From an uncultured delta proteobacterium (GTDB lineage Bacteria > Desulfobacterota > Binatia > UBA9968): a DNA stretch of 64,000 nucleotides. The stretch covers positions 896,001 to 960,000 of the forward strand of contig CAVYTU010000017.1 of NCBI GenBank assembly GCA_963771465.1, read 5' to 3'. Both the position numbers and the translations under genes were made by a program. Below, in pieces: positions 20,845 to 30,563 of the stretch; position 1 is the first letter of the stretch, and every line of letters starts with the position of its first letter. The notes under the pieces were generated by a model that was not told the DNA's origin, did not search any database, and saw only the letters and a list, made by a program, of their open reading frames with translations.

Positions 20845-21606
20845 TTAGCTTCCCAGTGAAAGCAGCCGGCCCCAGCCGCTGATGGGTTTGATGATGCCGG
20901 GGCGTACCAAATCGTTCCACACTTCGGTGCTCATGTTGGTAAACGCAGGTTTGCCGAATTCTTCCTCCAGTGCCGGGATAACATGGAGGCACAGCGCGGC
21001 GCCGCCCGGCACTGAAATGGCTTCCGCTTGGGGAAACGACTTCGCCGCTTCACGCCCGACATCGAGCGCCATATTCAAACCCTCTTCCAAGGACATAGCG
21101 GCCGACTCGGCACCCCATTGGTTGCGCTTGGTGATACCCACGACTTCGATACCGCCATCGGTCAAGTAACGCACCAGCGCATCGTTAACCGGATCGGCCC
21201 AACGACTGCCGATTGCCAGTTTGGTTAAACCGAGTCGCTTCATCGAAGCGATCAGCGCTTCAAGCGGTGCGTCGGTGGGAATGCCGTTCTTGTCTGTTGC
21301 CTGACGGAGCAATTCGAGAACTCGCTTACGGCCTAGCGCGGCGGAGACCGGGGCGCCCCCTAAGATGATCAGCTGGGCTTTTTCGTCGGCGAGCGTGTCG
21401 ACGCACGTCCAAAAATTGCCAAGCGCTTTCTCCACAGCCTCCGGCGTATAGTTGCTGATCCCTAGCACGGCGGAAAATTCCATGACATCCAGTGGCACCA
21501 GCCGGTAGAATTGATAACCAGCGCCGCGGGCGCGCCCTTCGTGTGAGCGCGGATGAATCACGCCATAACGGAAACGAGGTAAGAAACTTTTTACATGGTC
21601 AGTCAT
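20845..21606 (-). CDS. Arylmalonate decarboxylase/maleate isomerase (Asp/Glu racemase superfamily) homolog
   Basis: Family-like GAP, LEEEFGKP and I.GWGRLL motifs; GGAGG RBS before ATG 21606. Confidence 0.7.
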   Translation of the reverse strand: MTDHVKSFLPRFRYGVIHPRSHEGRARGAGYQFYRLVPLDVMEFSAVLGISNYTPEAVEKALGNFWTCVDTLADEKAQLIILGGAPVSAALGRKRVLELLRQATDKNGIPTDAPLEALIASMKRLGLTKLAIGSRWADPVNDALVRYLTDGGIEVVGITKRNQWGAESAAMSLEEGLNMALDVGREAAKSFPQAEAISVPGGAALCLHVIPALEEEFGKPAFTNMSTEVWNDLVRPGIIKPISGWGRLLSLGS

Positions 21607-21756
21607 ACGAGCCTCCAAGCTATCGTCGAGTTATTGCGAGAGATGCGTATCTGCTACCTGTTATAGAAAACGCTTTACGCAGCTGTCAAGGCGATTGCTT
21701 ACTATTGTTCGTCATTGCTCGATTCTCGAAATACTATTTCGCGAATTCATCACATG

Positions 21757-23052
21757 TCACTTCGTCGGTGGCCGAAGAAAAAGGCTCAAGACGGCTGAAA
21801 CGATCAGCAGGCCGATGAAGATGCTAAACGAAAGCAGATAACTTTGCGTGGCGTCAAACAGGAAACCGAAGAACGGCGCGCCTCCGGCGCTGAAAGCGTG
21901 CGTAACGAGGGAGCCCATGCCGCGTATTTTGCCAAGTGAAATACGACCGAAATAGTTGGCCCAGATCAATTCCGCCAATATCGACGTGCCGCCCATGCCA
22001 ATGCCATAAAGAAAAAAACCGGCGTATAAGGAAACTAACCCAGGGTCGGACAACGCCAGTGAAATCCCCGCCCCTTGAATGATGAATTTGGCCATAATCA
22101 CCCGGCCGATATTCATGCGCTCAGCGCAAACTCCCCACACGAATGGCGTGCTGAACTGCATGATCGCGATCGTGCTCATGACCAGCGCCGCCACCGTCGC
22201 CGGATGGCCTTGATCGCTGACAAAGGAGAAGACATGAAGGTTCAATCCGCTCACGCCGACATGGGCGACGCCAAAGGTCGTAACGATGAGCCAAAATGCC
22301 GGAGTTCGTAGCGCTTCACGCCGCGTCCAGACGATGTCGTCGTCGGCAGCACGATTGCCTTTCTTCCGGTGAGCGGGTTTCGTAGCCGCGCTACTTTCGT
22401 TCTCCGTGCTCGACTTCCCATCCGGCAGCAGCCCCATGTCTTCCGGACGCCGGCGCATGAAGAGTAGCGATGGCCCGACGACCAATGCCAGCGTTAACAA
22501 ACCGAAGACGACCCAAGTGCCGCGCCAGCCCGCGTAGACAATGAGCGCAGCGGCGCACAAGGGCATGCCGACTTTCGCCAGACCGTGGCCCATGCCGGCG
22601 AGGGCGAGGGCGCGGCCGCGCATACGTACAAACCAGCGCGAGATCGTCACGTTCACCACCATCTGGCCCATAAGCGCATCACCGGGGCTGACGATCAGCC
22701 AGCGGACTAACAGGAATTGCCAGAAGTCGCGCGCCTGACCGAGCAGAATAAAGCCGACTCCAGAAACCACACCGCCGACGGCCATGAGCCACTTACTGCC
22801 GTGTCGATCCAAGAGCGTGCCCACCAGCGGCGCAGCAACGGCGCCGATCAGGACCTCGCCTGTGCGGATCAGGGAAAAGACGCCGCGCGAGACGCCAAGA
22901 TCGCTCGACAGCGGTTTAAGAAATACGCTGAGCGTGCTCGATATGGAAAACGCGGAGGCGATGTGAGCGAGAAAGCCGACGGCGACAATTGTCCAGCCGT
23001 AGAAAAACTTCGATCCCTTGGTTGTCGGTTCAGCGCTGCTCAATGATTGCAC
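21757..23052 (-). CDS. MFS transporter
   Basis: About 12 TM segments; FFYGWTIV, GTLLDRHGSK motif A, WFVRMRGRA. Confidence 0.9.
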   Translation of the reverse strand: MQSLSSAEPTTKGSKFFYGWTIVAVGFLAHIASAFSISSTLSVFLKPLSSDLGVSRGVFSLIRTGEVLIGAVAAPLVGTLLDRHGSKWLMAVGGVVSGVGFILLGQARDFWQFLLVRWLIVSPGDALMGQMVVNVTISRWFVRMRGRALALAGMGHGLAKVGMPLCAAALIVYAGWRGTWVVFGLLTLALVVGPSLLFMRRRPEDMGLLPDGKSSTENESSAATKPAHRKKGNRAADDDIVWTRREALRTPAFWLIVTTFGVAHVGVSGLNLHVFSFVSDQGHPATVAALVMSTIAIMQFSTPFVWGVCAERMNIGRVIMAKFIIQGAGISLALSDPGLVSLYAGFFLYGIGMGGTSILAELIWANYFGRISLGKIRGMGSLVTHAFSAGGAPFFGFLFDATQSYLLSFSIFIGLLIVSAVLSLFLRPPTK

Positions 23053-23224
23053 GCCGTCTCTTTTATCAATTATCGCAACGGAACGACAGGCCAATTGCGT
23101 TTTAACTTGCGGCTTCGTTAATGAAAAGCGGTGACCTTGTCCGCTTGAATGCTTCCAGCCATTGACGATACAAGGCTAGATGTCAGGCGATGACATATAA
23201 GTTAAAGCGCGATCGGAGGCGATC

Positions 23225-23755
23225 ATGACGGCGGTTATTGGCCTTGGGCACGTGGGCATCTATGTTCGCGATCTGGAAAAGATGGTGGCGTTTTATCGCG
23301 ACACGCTCGGCATGCGCATCACCAAGCAGAACTGGCGGGCTGGCATTGTCTTCTTCAGTACCGATCCGGAGCGCGCCGATCACGAAATCGCGCTGTTCCG
23401 CGGCCGAGCTGAAGACGCGGATGCGCGACTGATCAATCAAATTTCGTTGCGTGTCGGCACACTCGATGACTTGCGAGGATTTCACCGGCGCTTGGTCGCT
23501 GAAGGTTTGCGCATCGATGCTGTGGTCAATCACGTCAGCGCGCTCGGTTGCTATTATTTCGATCCCGAAGGCAATCGTTCAGAAGTGTTTTGGGTCACCG
23601 GCCGCGCCTGCTGGGTGCCGATCGCCCATTTGATCGATATCGCGCAATCGGACGAAGCCATCCTAGCTGAAGTCGATCGGCTCTGGGAAAGATTGCGTCA
23701 TGTAGGAATGGGCGAGCGTATGGTCAATGAACCGGCGACGTTGCAGTTGGAGTGA
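23225..23755 (+). CDS. VOC family protein
   Basis: GLGHVGIYVRDLE...YYFDPEGNRSE. Confidence 0.85.
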   Translation: MTAVIGLGHVGIYVRDLEKMVAFYRDTLGMRITKQNWRAGIVFFSTDPERADHEIALFRGRAEDADARLINQISLRVGTLDDLRGFHRRLVAEGLRIDAVVNHVSALGCYYFDPEGNRSEVFWVTGRACWVPIAHLIDIAQSDEAILAEVDRLWERLRHVGMGERMVNEPATLQLE

Positions 23756-23763
23756 GGAGACAG

Positions 23764-24633
23764 ATGGAAGCAGTTAAAATTGGCATTGGTACCTCGAGCA
23801 TCGGCCGATTCTTGCCGTATGTCGGCAAGGCCGCCGGGCTTTTTGCAAAGGCGAACATCGGCGTTGAGATCATCAATCAGCTCGACGAAGAGAAAGTCGT
23901 TGAAGACATCGTCAATCAAGTGACGCCGATTGGCACTCCGAACGCGCCGTCGCTGATTTTCTCGTTTCTAAACGGTAATGATCTGGTCATCATCGGTGGT
24001 GTTTTGAATCGTCCGGCCTTCTACTTGGTGGCAAACGAAAAGATTACTTCGGTAGGTGATCTCAAAGGAAAGAAAGTAGGTATCAATCAGCCGCGCCGGA
24101 TGGCGGGCATGATGATGCTCGCGCTGTTACGCCGATGGGGTTTCGATCGCGTAAATGACCTTGAGCTTGTCGACCTCGGTCTCAACGATCGGAGTTTCGA
24201 AGCGCTTCGTACGGGCGATCTCGACGCCGCGCTCTTACCGCCGGAGAAAGCATTCCTCGCTGAAGCAGAAGGCTTGCGCATCGTTGCCGACACGCTCGAT
24301 CTTGATTGCCACTGGGTGCCGCTTGCGACCACACGGCGATTTCTCGCTGCAAATCCTGAGGTGGTCAAGCAAGTGGCCGGCGTTTACCGCGACAGTATTC
24401 ATTTTTTCAAAAGCGAGCCCCAGGCGACACTCAAAACGATCAGCGAGCAGTTGCCGGCGTTGAACCGCGAGCCGCAGGTGCTTAAAGAATGTTACCGCAT
24501 ATTCGCCGAACTCTTCGAGCCGACGTTGACAACGTCGTTGAGCTCGCTACGCGCGGTCATTGATGAGGTTGCGTTGCAGGATTCGAGAGCGAATAACTTG
24601 CGGCCATCGTCGATTGTGGAGAACATTTTCTAG
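23764..24633 (+). CDS. NMT1/SsuA-type substrate-binding-fold protein without a signal peptide
   Basis: DLKGKKVG, AL..G.LDAA, F...NPE motifs; N-terminus not hydrophobic. Confidence 0.7.
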   Translation: MEAVKIGIGTSSIGRFLPYVGKAAGLFAKANIGVEIINQLDEEKVVEDIVNQVTPIGTPNAPSLIFSFLNGNDLVIIGGVLNRPAFYLVANEKITSVGDLKGKKVGINQPRRMAGMMMLALLRRWGFDRVNDLELVDLGLNDRSFEALRTGDLDAALLPPEKAFLAEAEGLRIVADTLDLDCHWVPLATTRRFLAANPEVVKQVAGVYRDSIHFFKSEPQATLKTISEQLPALNREPQVLKECYRIFAELFEPTLTTSLSSLRAVIDEVALQDSRANNLRPSSIVENIF

Positions 24634-24685
24634 TTAAGCACACGACCCGTTCGAAATTTATCAACCTAGAAATCGGAGGTGGACA

Positions 24686-25090
24686 ATGGCACGGATACGG
24701 CACATTGCGATCGGCACCCGGGATCCAGAGTCGACTGCGCGGTTTTACATGGAAGGCCTCGGCTTGAAGCAAGTCGGTAAGGTCAACACCCCAACCTCAG
24801 AGGGCTACTACCTGAGCGATGGCCACGTAAACCTGGCGATCCTGAAATTTAAATACGACGACCCTGCCACCACGGAGGGTGCCCCCAGGTACACCGGCCT
24901 GCATCACTTCGGTGTCGAAGTCGAGGACATGGCTGAGGCGCGCTTGCGGATCGAAAAGGCGGGCGCCGTGCATCGTCCTTACCCGGGAACCGAAGAGATG
25001 GCAAAGCGCGGCAACGTCGAGGTCAAGTTCACCGTGCCGGACGGCGTGACGGTTGACCTCTCCGAACACGGCTGGCTTGGCACCAAGTAA
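24686..25090 (+). CDS. VOC family protein
   Basis: IRHIAI, GLHHFG, PDGVTVDLS. Confidence 0.85.
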   Translation: MARIRHIAIGTRDPESTARFYMEGLGLKQVGKVNTPTSEGYYLSDGHVNLAILKFKYDDPATTEGAPRYTGLHHFGVEVEDMAEARLRIEKAGAVHRPYPGTEEMAKRGNVEVKFTVPDGVTVDLSEHGWLGTK

Positions 25091-25216
25091 TGAGCCAATC
25101 GCTTTTTCCGTACCAGATCGCAGATTCTCGACTGAGCGTCGCGCATTGAAGCAAAATTGTCCGAAGTCCTATGGACGCAACGTTAAAGTAGATTCAAGAG
25201 GGAAGTTAGGAGGTAA

Positions 25217-26467
25217 ATGAGAAATCGCAGCACATTGATTTTTCTCTTGGCGGGACTGCTGGTTGCGGCAACCGCTCCGGCACAAGTCACCGTCCTCAGT
25301 CGCGCTACTCTAGTTGACGGCACTGGCGCGCCGGCTCAAAGGGATATCACCGTCGTGATGGAAAACGGTCGAATTCGCGATATCGGGCCGGCGTCAAAAA
25401 CACCAGTCCCGACCGGTGCCAGCGTGCTCGATCTCAACGGGAAGTTCATCGTGCCGGGCATCATCAACGCCCACGGCCACGTCGGCGCGAAAACTGAGCC
25501 GCAGTTGCGCCAGTACGCGCTCTACGGCGTAACCACCGCGACCAGCATGCAGACCGATCCGGACGAAGTCGTACAGGTGCGCGAAGCGCAGAAGAAGGGT
25601 GAGTTGCGCGGCGCGAGGGTTTCCACGGTGAAGTATCGTTTCGCGCCTGATCCCGAAGTGGTGACACCGGAGCAGGCGCGCGCCAAAGTCGACCAAACCG
25701 TCGCTGCGGGCGCCGATTACATCAAGGTGTGGGTGGACGGGGGATTCGGCACACGGCCAAAACTCAGCCCCGAGTTTTGTGCAGCTGTCCTCGACCAGGC
25801 GCGCAAGCACGGCAAGCTCACCTTCGGTCACGCCTACGAACTCGCCGACGCGAGGATGCTGGTAGAGCGAGGCTTGAATATCCTTGGCCACAATATCCGC
25901 GACCGCGAGGTGGATGCGGATTTGATCGCGCTCCTCAAGCAGCGCAACGTGACACTAATTCCGACATTAATACGCGACGAATTTCTTTTTGCATACGGCG
26001 ACGCGCCGGCCTGGATCGACGATCCTTTCTTCCTTAAGTTCGTGCCGCCAGAGCGCGTGGCGGTGCTGAAGACTAAAATCCGTGCCGAGCAGGCGAAACA
26101 TCCCCAGCGCGCTTTGTTCAAAGCGGGCTTCGAGATGAACAAGTCCAATTTGAAGAAACTCTCGGATGGCGGGGTGCGCATCGCGTTAGGTACCGATAGC
26201 GGCGGTGCCGCCGACCGCTTTTTCATCCAGGGCTTTTCCGAGCACCGGGAGATGGAGTTAATGGTGCAGTCAGGCCTGACACCAATGCAGGTGATCCAAT
26301 CCTTTTCCAAGGGCGCCTCCGAGGCTTTGGGGATCGACAAGGATTTCGGCACGCTGGCCAACGGCAAGGCCGCTGACCTGCTGGTCCTGGAGAAAAATCC
26401 GCTCGACAACATAACCAATATGCGCTCGATACAGACGATTTATCTTGGCGGCAAGAAGTTCGAGTGA
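25217..26467 (+). CDS. Exported amidohydrolase family protein
   Basis: Signal peptide; PGIINAHGH, IKVW, GTDSG, GKAADLLVL. Confidence 0.88.
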   Translation: MRNRSTLIFLLAGLLVAATAPAQVTVLSRATLVDGTGAPAQRDITVVMENGRIRDIGPASKTPVPTGASVLDLNGKFIVPGIINAHGHVGAKTEPQLRQYALYGVTTATSMQTDPDEVVQVREAQKKGELRGARVSTVKYRFAPDPEVVTPEQARAKVDQTVAAGADYIKVWVDGGFGTRPKLSPEFCAAVLDQARKHGKLTFGHAYELADARMLVERGLNILGHNIRDREVDADLIALLKQRNVTLIPTLIRDEFLFAYGDAPAWIDDPFFLKFVPPERVAVLKTKIRAEQAKHPQRALFKAGFEMNKSNLKKLSDGGVRIALGTDSGGAADRFFIQGFSEHREMELMVQSGLTPMQVIQSFSKGASEALGIDKDFGTLANGKAADLLVLEKNPLDNITNMRSIQTIYLGGKKFE

Positions 26468-26769
26468 ATTAATTTTTTTGTCTATGAATCCGAGCCGCAG
26501 AGTTCGCTCGAATCGTAGAAGCGTTGTCATCCTAAATTCGTCCGTCGGAAGCCCTTAAAAATTTTTCCGCGTTCGCCCCAACCACTCGAGTGAACGCACT
26601 TGCCAGTGTCGCTTTCCACGCTCTAGTCGGCGACACGTTGCTGCTTTTTCTCACTCAATGTCCCAAACTCTCCATCGAGTCTATGGTCCGTGCGCCTCGC
26701 GCATCGCTTAGCAGCGAAATTGAGTTTGAAGCTTACATGTAAGACTTTATTACAATTTCTGTCCAAAAT

Positions 26770-26878
26770 TTATCGAATCGAATACCCCGGCGCCTACTAT
26801 AAAACGTCATGAACCGTGGCCAATCGCACCGTAATATCTTCATCGAAGACAAAGGGCGACAGACTTTTCTCGGTCACG
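26770..26878 (+). pseudogene. 5' remnant of a second Y1 (RAYT-like) transposase
   Basis: Translates with a frameshift as RIEYPGAYY/VMNRGQSHRNIFIEDKGRQTFLG; stops just before the left TIR of the intact element. Confidence 0.7.
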
Positions 26879-26900
26879 AAGTAGGGTCAGGTCTTGAATC

Positions 26901-26929
26901 TTGATCTTCTCGATTGATTGACGTAGGGT
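26901..26929 (+). promoter_or_regulatory. Possible sigma70 promoter giving a leaderless transposase mRNA
   Basis: TTGATC-17 bp-TAGGGT; ATG 7 nt after the -10; no Shine-Dalgarno. Confidence 0.35.
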
Positions 26930-26936
26930 CGTTGGC

Positions 26937-27785
26937 ATGGCGCGGCCATTACGGATCGAATACGACGGAGCGTTGTATCACGTCACCTCCCGGGGCAACG
27001 AACGCAAGGCGATCTTTAGGGACGATACCGACCGTCAGTTGTTCTTGAACACCCTGGCGCAGGTGATCGAGCGATTTCACTGGCTGTGCCACGCCTACTG
27101 TTTGATGGATAACCATTACCATCTGGTGGTGGAGACCGCCGATGCCAACTTGTCCAAAGGGATGCGCCAGTTAAACGGGGTGTATACCCAAACGTATAAC
27201 CGGCGCCACCGCCGGGTGGGGCATTTGTTTCAAGGGCGGTTTAAGGGGATTTTGATTCAGAAAGACAGCCATTTTCTCGAAGTCTGTCGCTACGTGGTGC
27301 TTAACCCGGTGGCTGCAGGCATGGCGAAGGGTCCTAGGGAATGGGCCTGGAGCAGCTATCGAGCCACCGCCGGTCAATCGCCGGCCTCAGGGTGTCTTAT
27401 GATCGACGAAGTGCTGGGGCAGTTTGGCAACCGGCGAGGATCGGCGCAGAACAAATATCGTCAATTTGTCAGCGAAGGGATCGGGCGAGCCTCGATATGG
27501 GAGAATTTAGAAGCGCAGAGTCTACTGGGGGAGGAAGGCTTCGCCGAAGCGCTCAAGGGGCATGTGAGAGGATATGAGAAGATCCAAGAGATCCCCAGAG
27601 GGCAGCGGCTGATCGGCCGGCCGACGCTTCAGAGACTGTTCGGCGCCAAAGACAAACAGAGATCGAAACGGGACCAGACGATTGCGAAAGCGGTCAATGA
27701 ACATGGTTATAGCCAGGTGGAGGTAGCGCATCATCTGAAGCTTCATTACTCGACGCTCAGCCGGATCGTCAAAAGGGCGCGGTAA
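26937..27785 (+). CDS. Y1 HUH transposase (IS200/RAYT-like) with C-terminal HTH
   Basis: YHVTSRGN, CLMDNHYHL (HUH), RYVVLNPV catalytic Tyr, WSSY; terminal HTH YSQVEVAHHLKLHYSTLSR. Confidence 0.92.
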   Translation: MARPLRIEYDGALYHVTSRGNERKAIFRDDTDRQLFLNTLAQVIERFHWLCHAYCLMDNHYHLVVETADANLSKGMRQLNGVYTQTYNRRHRRVGHLFQGRFKGILIQKDSHFLEVCRYVVLNPVAAGMAKGPREWAWSSYRATAGQSPASGCLMIDEVLGQFGNRRGSAQNKYRQFVSEGIGRASIWENLEAQSLLGEEGFAEALKGHVRGYEKIQEIPRGQRLIGRPTLQRLFGAKDKQRSKRDQTIAKAVNEHGYSQVEVAHHLKLHYSTLSRIVKRAR

Positions 27786-27903
27786 GTAAGTAAGCAAGCA
27801 AGTAAGCAGCAAGAGTAAAGACTTGACCCGTCTGTGCTGTTACCCTGTCTGTGCTGTCTGTGTGTGTGACCCTGTCTGTGGTGTGCTGTCTGTGGTGTGG
27901 TCC
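27783..27903. repeat. Microsatellite-like tracts flanking the right TIR
   Basis: TAAG/CAAG tetramers inside the TIR (27783-27813); ACCC+(T)GTCTGTG reiterated three times outside it (27826-27903). Confidence 0.85.
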
Positions 27904-27904
27904 T

Positions 27905-28040
27905 GCGCCGACTGATGGGTACGCTCAATCCGAAGATTGCCAATGTGAAAGTCGAGGACCTAATCGATAGCCGCTTGATCCGCAAACTCGACGAGAATGG
28001 ATTCATCGATAAAATAGCCGCGAGCTACGGATTGAAATAG
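27905..28040 (+). pseudogene. 3' remnant of an ABC substrate-binding protein gene
   Basis: RLMGTLNPKIANVKVEDLIDSRLIRKLDENGFIDKIAASYGLK* resembles NMT1-type SBP C-termini; 5' part missing. Confidence 0.65.
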
Positions 28041-28061
28041 GCGTTGCTATGAGGTGCTGAA

Positions 28062-28970
28062 ATGGAAACAGTCGGCTTTATCGGTCTGGGTACCATCGGT
28101 GGCGTCATTGCCACAAACATTCGCAAGACCGGCAAGGCCATGGTCGTTCATGACGTTCGGTTAACCGCGATCAAACCATTGGTTGACGGCGGCGCACGCT
28201 ATGCGGCTGCGCCGGCGGAAGTCGCGCGCGAATGCGCGGTCGTGTTCACTTCGCTTCCCGGCCCAACGGAAGTCGAGCAAGTGGCGCTTGGGCCCGACGG
28301 CCTCGTGCATGGTGTTCACGACGGCACCATTTACGTCGATCTTTCGAGCAGCAGTCCGGATCTCATCCGACGAATCGCCGGCGAATTTCAACTCCGCGGC
28401 GCGCGCGTGATCGACGCGCCGTTGATTGTCGGTAAGCGCAGCATCGCTAACAAAAGCGTGCAGGTGCTGGCGTCGGGTGCTCCGGAAGTCTACGCGGAAG
28501 TGAAACCGCTGCTCGAAACTTTCGCCGACACGGTTGTTTACACCGGCGAACTCGGCACGGGCACCGTGATCAAGTTGGCGCACAATTTGGTTCGCCGCGG
28601 CATCGGTCTGGCCATCGGTGAAGGTTTGGTGTTGGGGGCAAAGGCCGGAGTCGATCCCGAATTACTTTGGCAGTGCATGCACTGGGGACTGGATGTTCAG
28701 CTGAGTCAGTTGGTGAAAACTTTTTCAGATACTGTCTTCAAAGGTAACTTTGATGCGCCAGCAAGCTTCGGCATTGGCCTCTCGCGAAAAGATGTTGGCT
28801 TGGCGACCGAGTTAGCGCGCCAGCATAACGTGCCGATGCCGATCGCCGCTTTGGTCGAACAGATCATGGTTCACGCGATCAGCCGCGGCTGGTCCGAGCA
28901 GAGCACGGCGTCGCTATTTCGCCTACAGGAAGAAGCCGCGGGTATCGAGGTGCGCAAGCGAACGAAGTAG
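28062..28970 (+). CDS. NAD(P)-dependent beta-hydroxyacid (3-hydroxyisobutyrate-type) dehydrogenase
   Basis: VGFIGLG, FTSLP, DAP, G.GTVIKLAHN, KDVGLA. Confidence 0.88.
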   Translation: METVGFIGLGTIGGVIATNIRKTGKAMVVHDVRLTAIKPLVDGGARYAAAPAEVARECAVVFTSLPGPTEVEQVALGPDGLVHGVHDGTIYVDLSSSSPDLIRRIAGEFQLRGARVIDAPLIVGKRSIANKSVQVLASGAPEVYAEVKPLLETFADTVVYTGELGTGTVIKLAHNLVRRGIGLAIGEGLVLGAKAGVDPELLWQCMHWGLDVQLSQLVKTFSDTVFKGNFDAPASFGIGLSRKDVGLATELARQHNVPMPIAALVEQIMVHAISRGWSEQSTASLFRLQEEAAGIEVRKRTK

Positions 28971-29034
28971 TTCGAATTCGCACCCTCACGGGCGACACGG
29001 AGGGACGCAGGGTCACGCATGTCGGGGAGCATTT

Positions 29035-29835
29035 ATGGATTTGCAGCTGCGCGATAAGAAAGCGATCATTACTGGCGGCAGCGCCGGAATGGGCAAAGCG
29101 ATCGCGCGCCAGCTCGCGCGCGAAGGGTGCGACGTCGCCATTGGTGCCAGGACGGAAGCACGTCTGCGCGAGGCAGCGATGGAAATCGCGCAAGAAACCA
29201 ACCGCAAAATCATTCCGCTGGTGGTCGATACGCTCGACGGCGAGTCGATCAAAGCTTTCGTTCGCAGCGCGGCGGGCGCGTTGGGTGGCATTCATATACT
29301 CGCCAATTGCGCCGCTCGCGTTGGCGGCACGATCCCGGACAGCATGGATACGATCACGGATGAGCAGATCGTGAAGGATTTCGAAGAAAAATTTCTCGGC
29401 TACTATCGCTGTGCCCGGGAAGCGGCGCCGTACATGAAGCAAGCCGGCTGGGGCCGGATTATCAACCTGAGCGGCGGCGCGGGGCGCACCCCAGGTACGG
29501 CGATCAGCACGCCGGCGCGCAATATCGCCAGCGTCGCGCTGACCAAATCTCTGGCGAATACGCTCGGACCGTTCGGCATCAATGTCAACGCCATTTATCC
29601 CGGCACGACGGTCACCGAGGCGGTCTTGGAGCGTTTTCGCAATCAAGCACAGCGTCAGGGCAAGACTCTCGATGCGCATCTCGAAGAGCTGCGTCAGCGC
29701 AGCGTGATTCGCCATCTGGTTAGTGCGGACGATGTTGCGCAAGTGGTGGCGTTTCTTTGCTCGCCGTTAGCGATCAGCATTACGGGGGAAGCAATCTCGG
29801 TGTCCGGCGGCGTCAACGCGGATATGCATTACTAA
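29035..29835 (+). CDS. SDR family oxidoreductase
   Basis: TGGSAGMG, GRIINLSG, INVNAIYPG, ITGEAISVSGG. Confidence 0.9.
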   Translation: MDLQLRDKKAIITGGSAGMGKAIARQLAREGCDVAIGARTEARLREAAMEIAQETNRKIIPLVVDTLDGESIKAFVRSAAGALGGIHILANCAARVGGTIPDSMDTITDEQIVKDFEEKFLGYYRCAREAAPYMKQAGWGRIINLSGGAGRTPGTAISTPARNIASVALTKSLANTLGPFGINVNAIYPGTTVTEAVLERFRNQAQRQGKTLDAHLEELRQRSVIRHLVSADDVAQVVAFLCSPLAISITGEAISVSGGVNADMHY

Positions 29836-29891
29836 AACTAACGGCTAGTTCTCGCGCAATGGTGCGCGGATTCCAAGGACGAAATCGGCTC

Positions 29892-30563
29892 ATGGCGAAA
29901 ACATTTAGTGCTGAACTGAAAGACGGTTGTGCCCCGATTTGGCGCGCGATTGAGAATCATCCTTTTCTCGTTGAGCTTCATGCCGGCACACTGCCGATGG
30001 AGCGGTTTACCTATTTCATCCTGCAAGATTACGTTTACTTGCTCGACTTCGCCCAAGTGCTCTGTCTGGGTGGTGCCAAGTCGCCGGATTTGGCAACGTT
30101 GGAATTATTTTGCCGCCACGCGCTTGGCGCGGTGGAAGTGGAACGGACCTTTCACGCGAATTTCGGCAAGACGCACGGCTTGTCGCAGCGCGAGCTAGAC
30201 AAGGTAGCCAAGGCGCCGGCGACGCAGGCCTATATCGATCATCTCCAATCGGTCGCGCGCGGCGGCACGCTCGGCGAGCTAGTTGCTGCGGTGCTGCCTT
30301 GTTATTGGATTTATGGTGAAGCGGGCAAGCGTCTGTACCGAAACCGCCCGCGCAGTCCGAAGATCTATCGCGAATGGATCGAGACTTACGCGTCGGAGGG
30401 TTTTTGGCGGCCGGTGCGTGAACAGATTCAACTTATGGATAGGCTGGGCGCCAAGGCAAATAAGAATGAAAAGCACCGCATGTCAGAAAACTTCGCCCTT
30501 AGCAGCCGATATGAATTCCTATTTTGGCAACAGGCTTATCGCACGGAACGCTGGCCGGTCTAA
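29892..30563 (+). CDS. tenA: Thiaminase II (TenA)
   Basis: HPF, YILQDYVYL, LPCYWIY catalytic Cys, WIETY, YEFLFW. Confidence 0.9.
   Translation: MAKTFSAELKDGCAPIWRAIENHPFLVELHAGTLPMERFTYFILQDYVYLLDFAQVLCLGGAKSPDLATLELFCRHALGAVEVERTFHANFGKTHGLSQRELDKVAKAPATQAYIDHLQSVARGGTLGELVAAVLPCYWIYGEAGKRLYRNRPRSPKIYREWIETYASEGFWRPVREQIQLMDRLGAKANKNEKHRMSENFALSSRYEFLFWQQAYRTERWPV

Larger units (their letters stand above)
26884..27829 (+). mobile_element. Y1-transposase element bounded by 20-bp imperfect terminal inverted repeats
   Basis: GGGTCAGGTCTTGAATCTTG (26884-26903) matches the reverse complement of 27810-27829 (GGGTCAAGTCTTTACTCTTG) at 17/20; truncated genes on both sides. Confidence 0.7.

Noticed and set aside
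27783-27903. CRISPR array
   Set aside because: No constant-length repeat with unique spacers and no cas genes; it is low-complexity reiteration.
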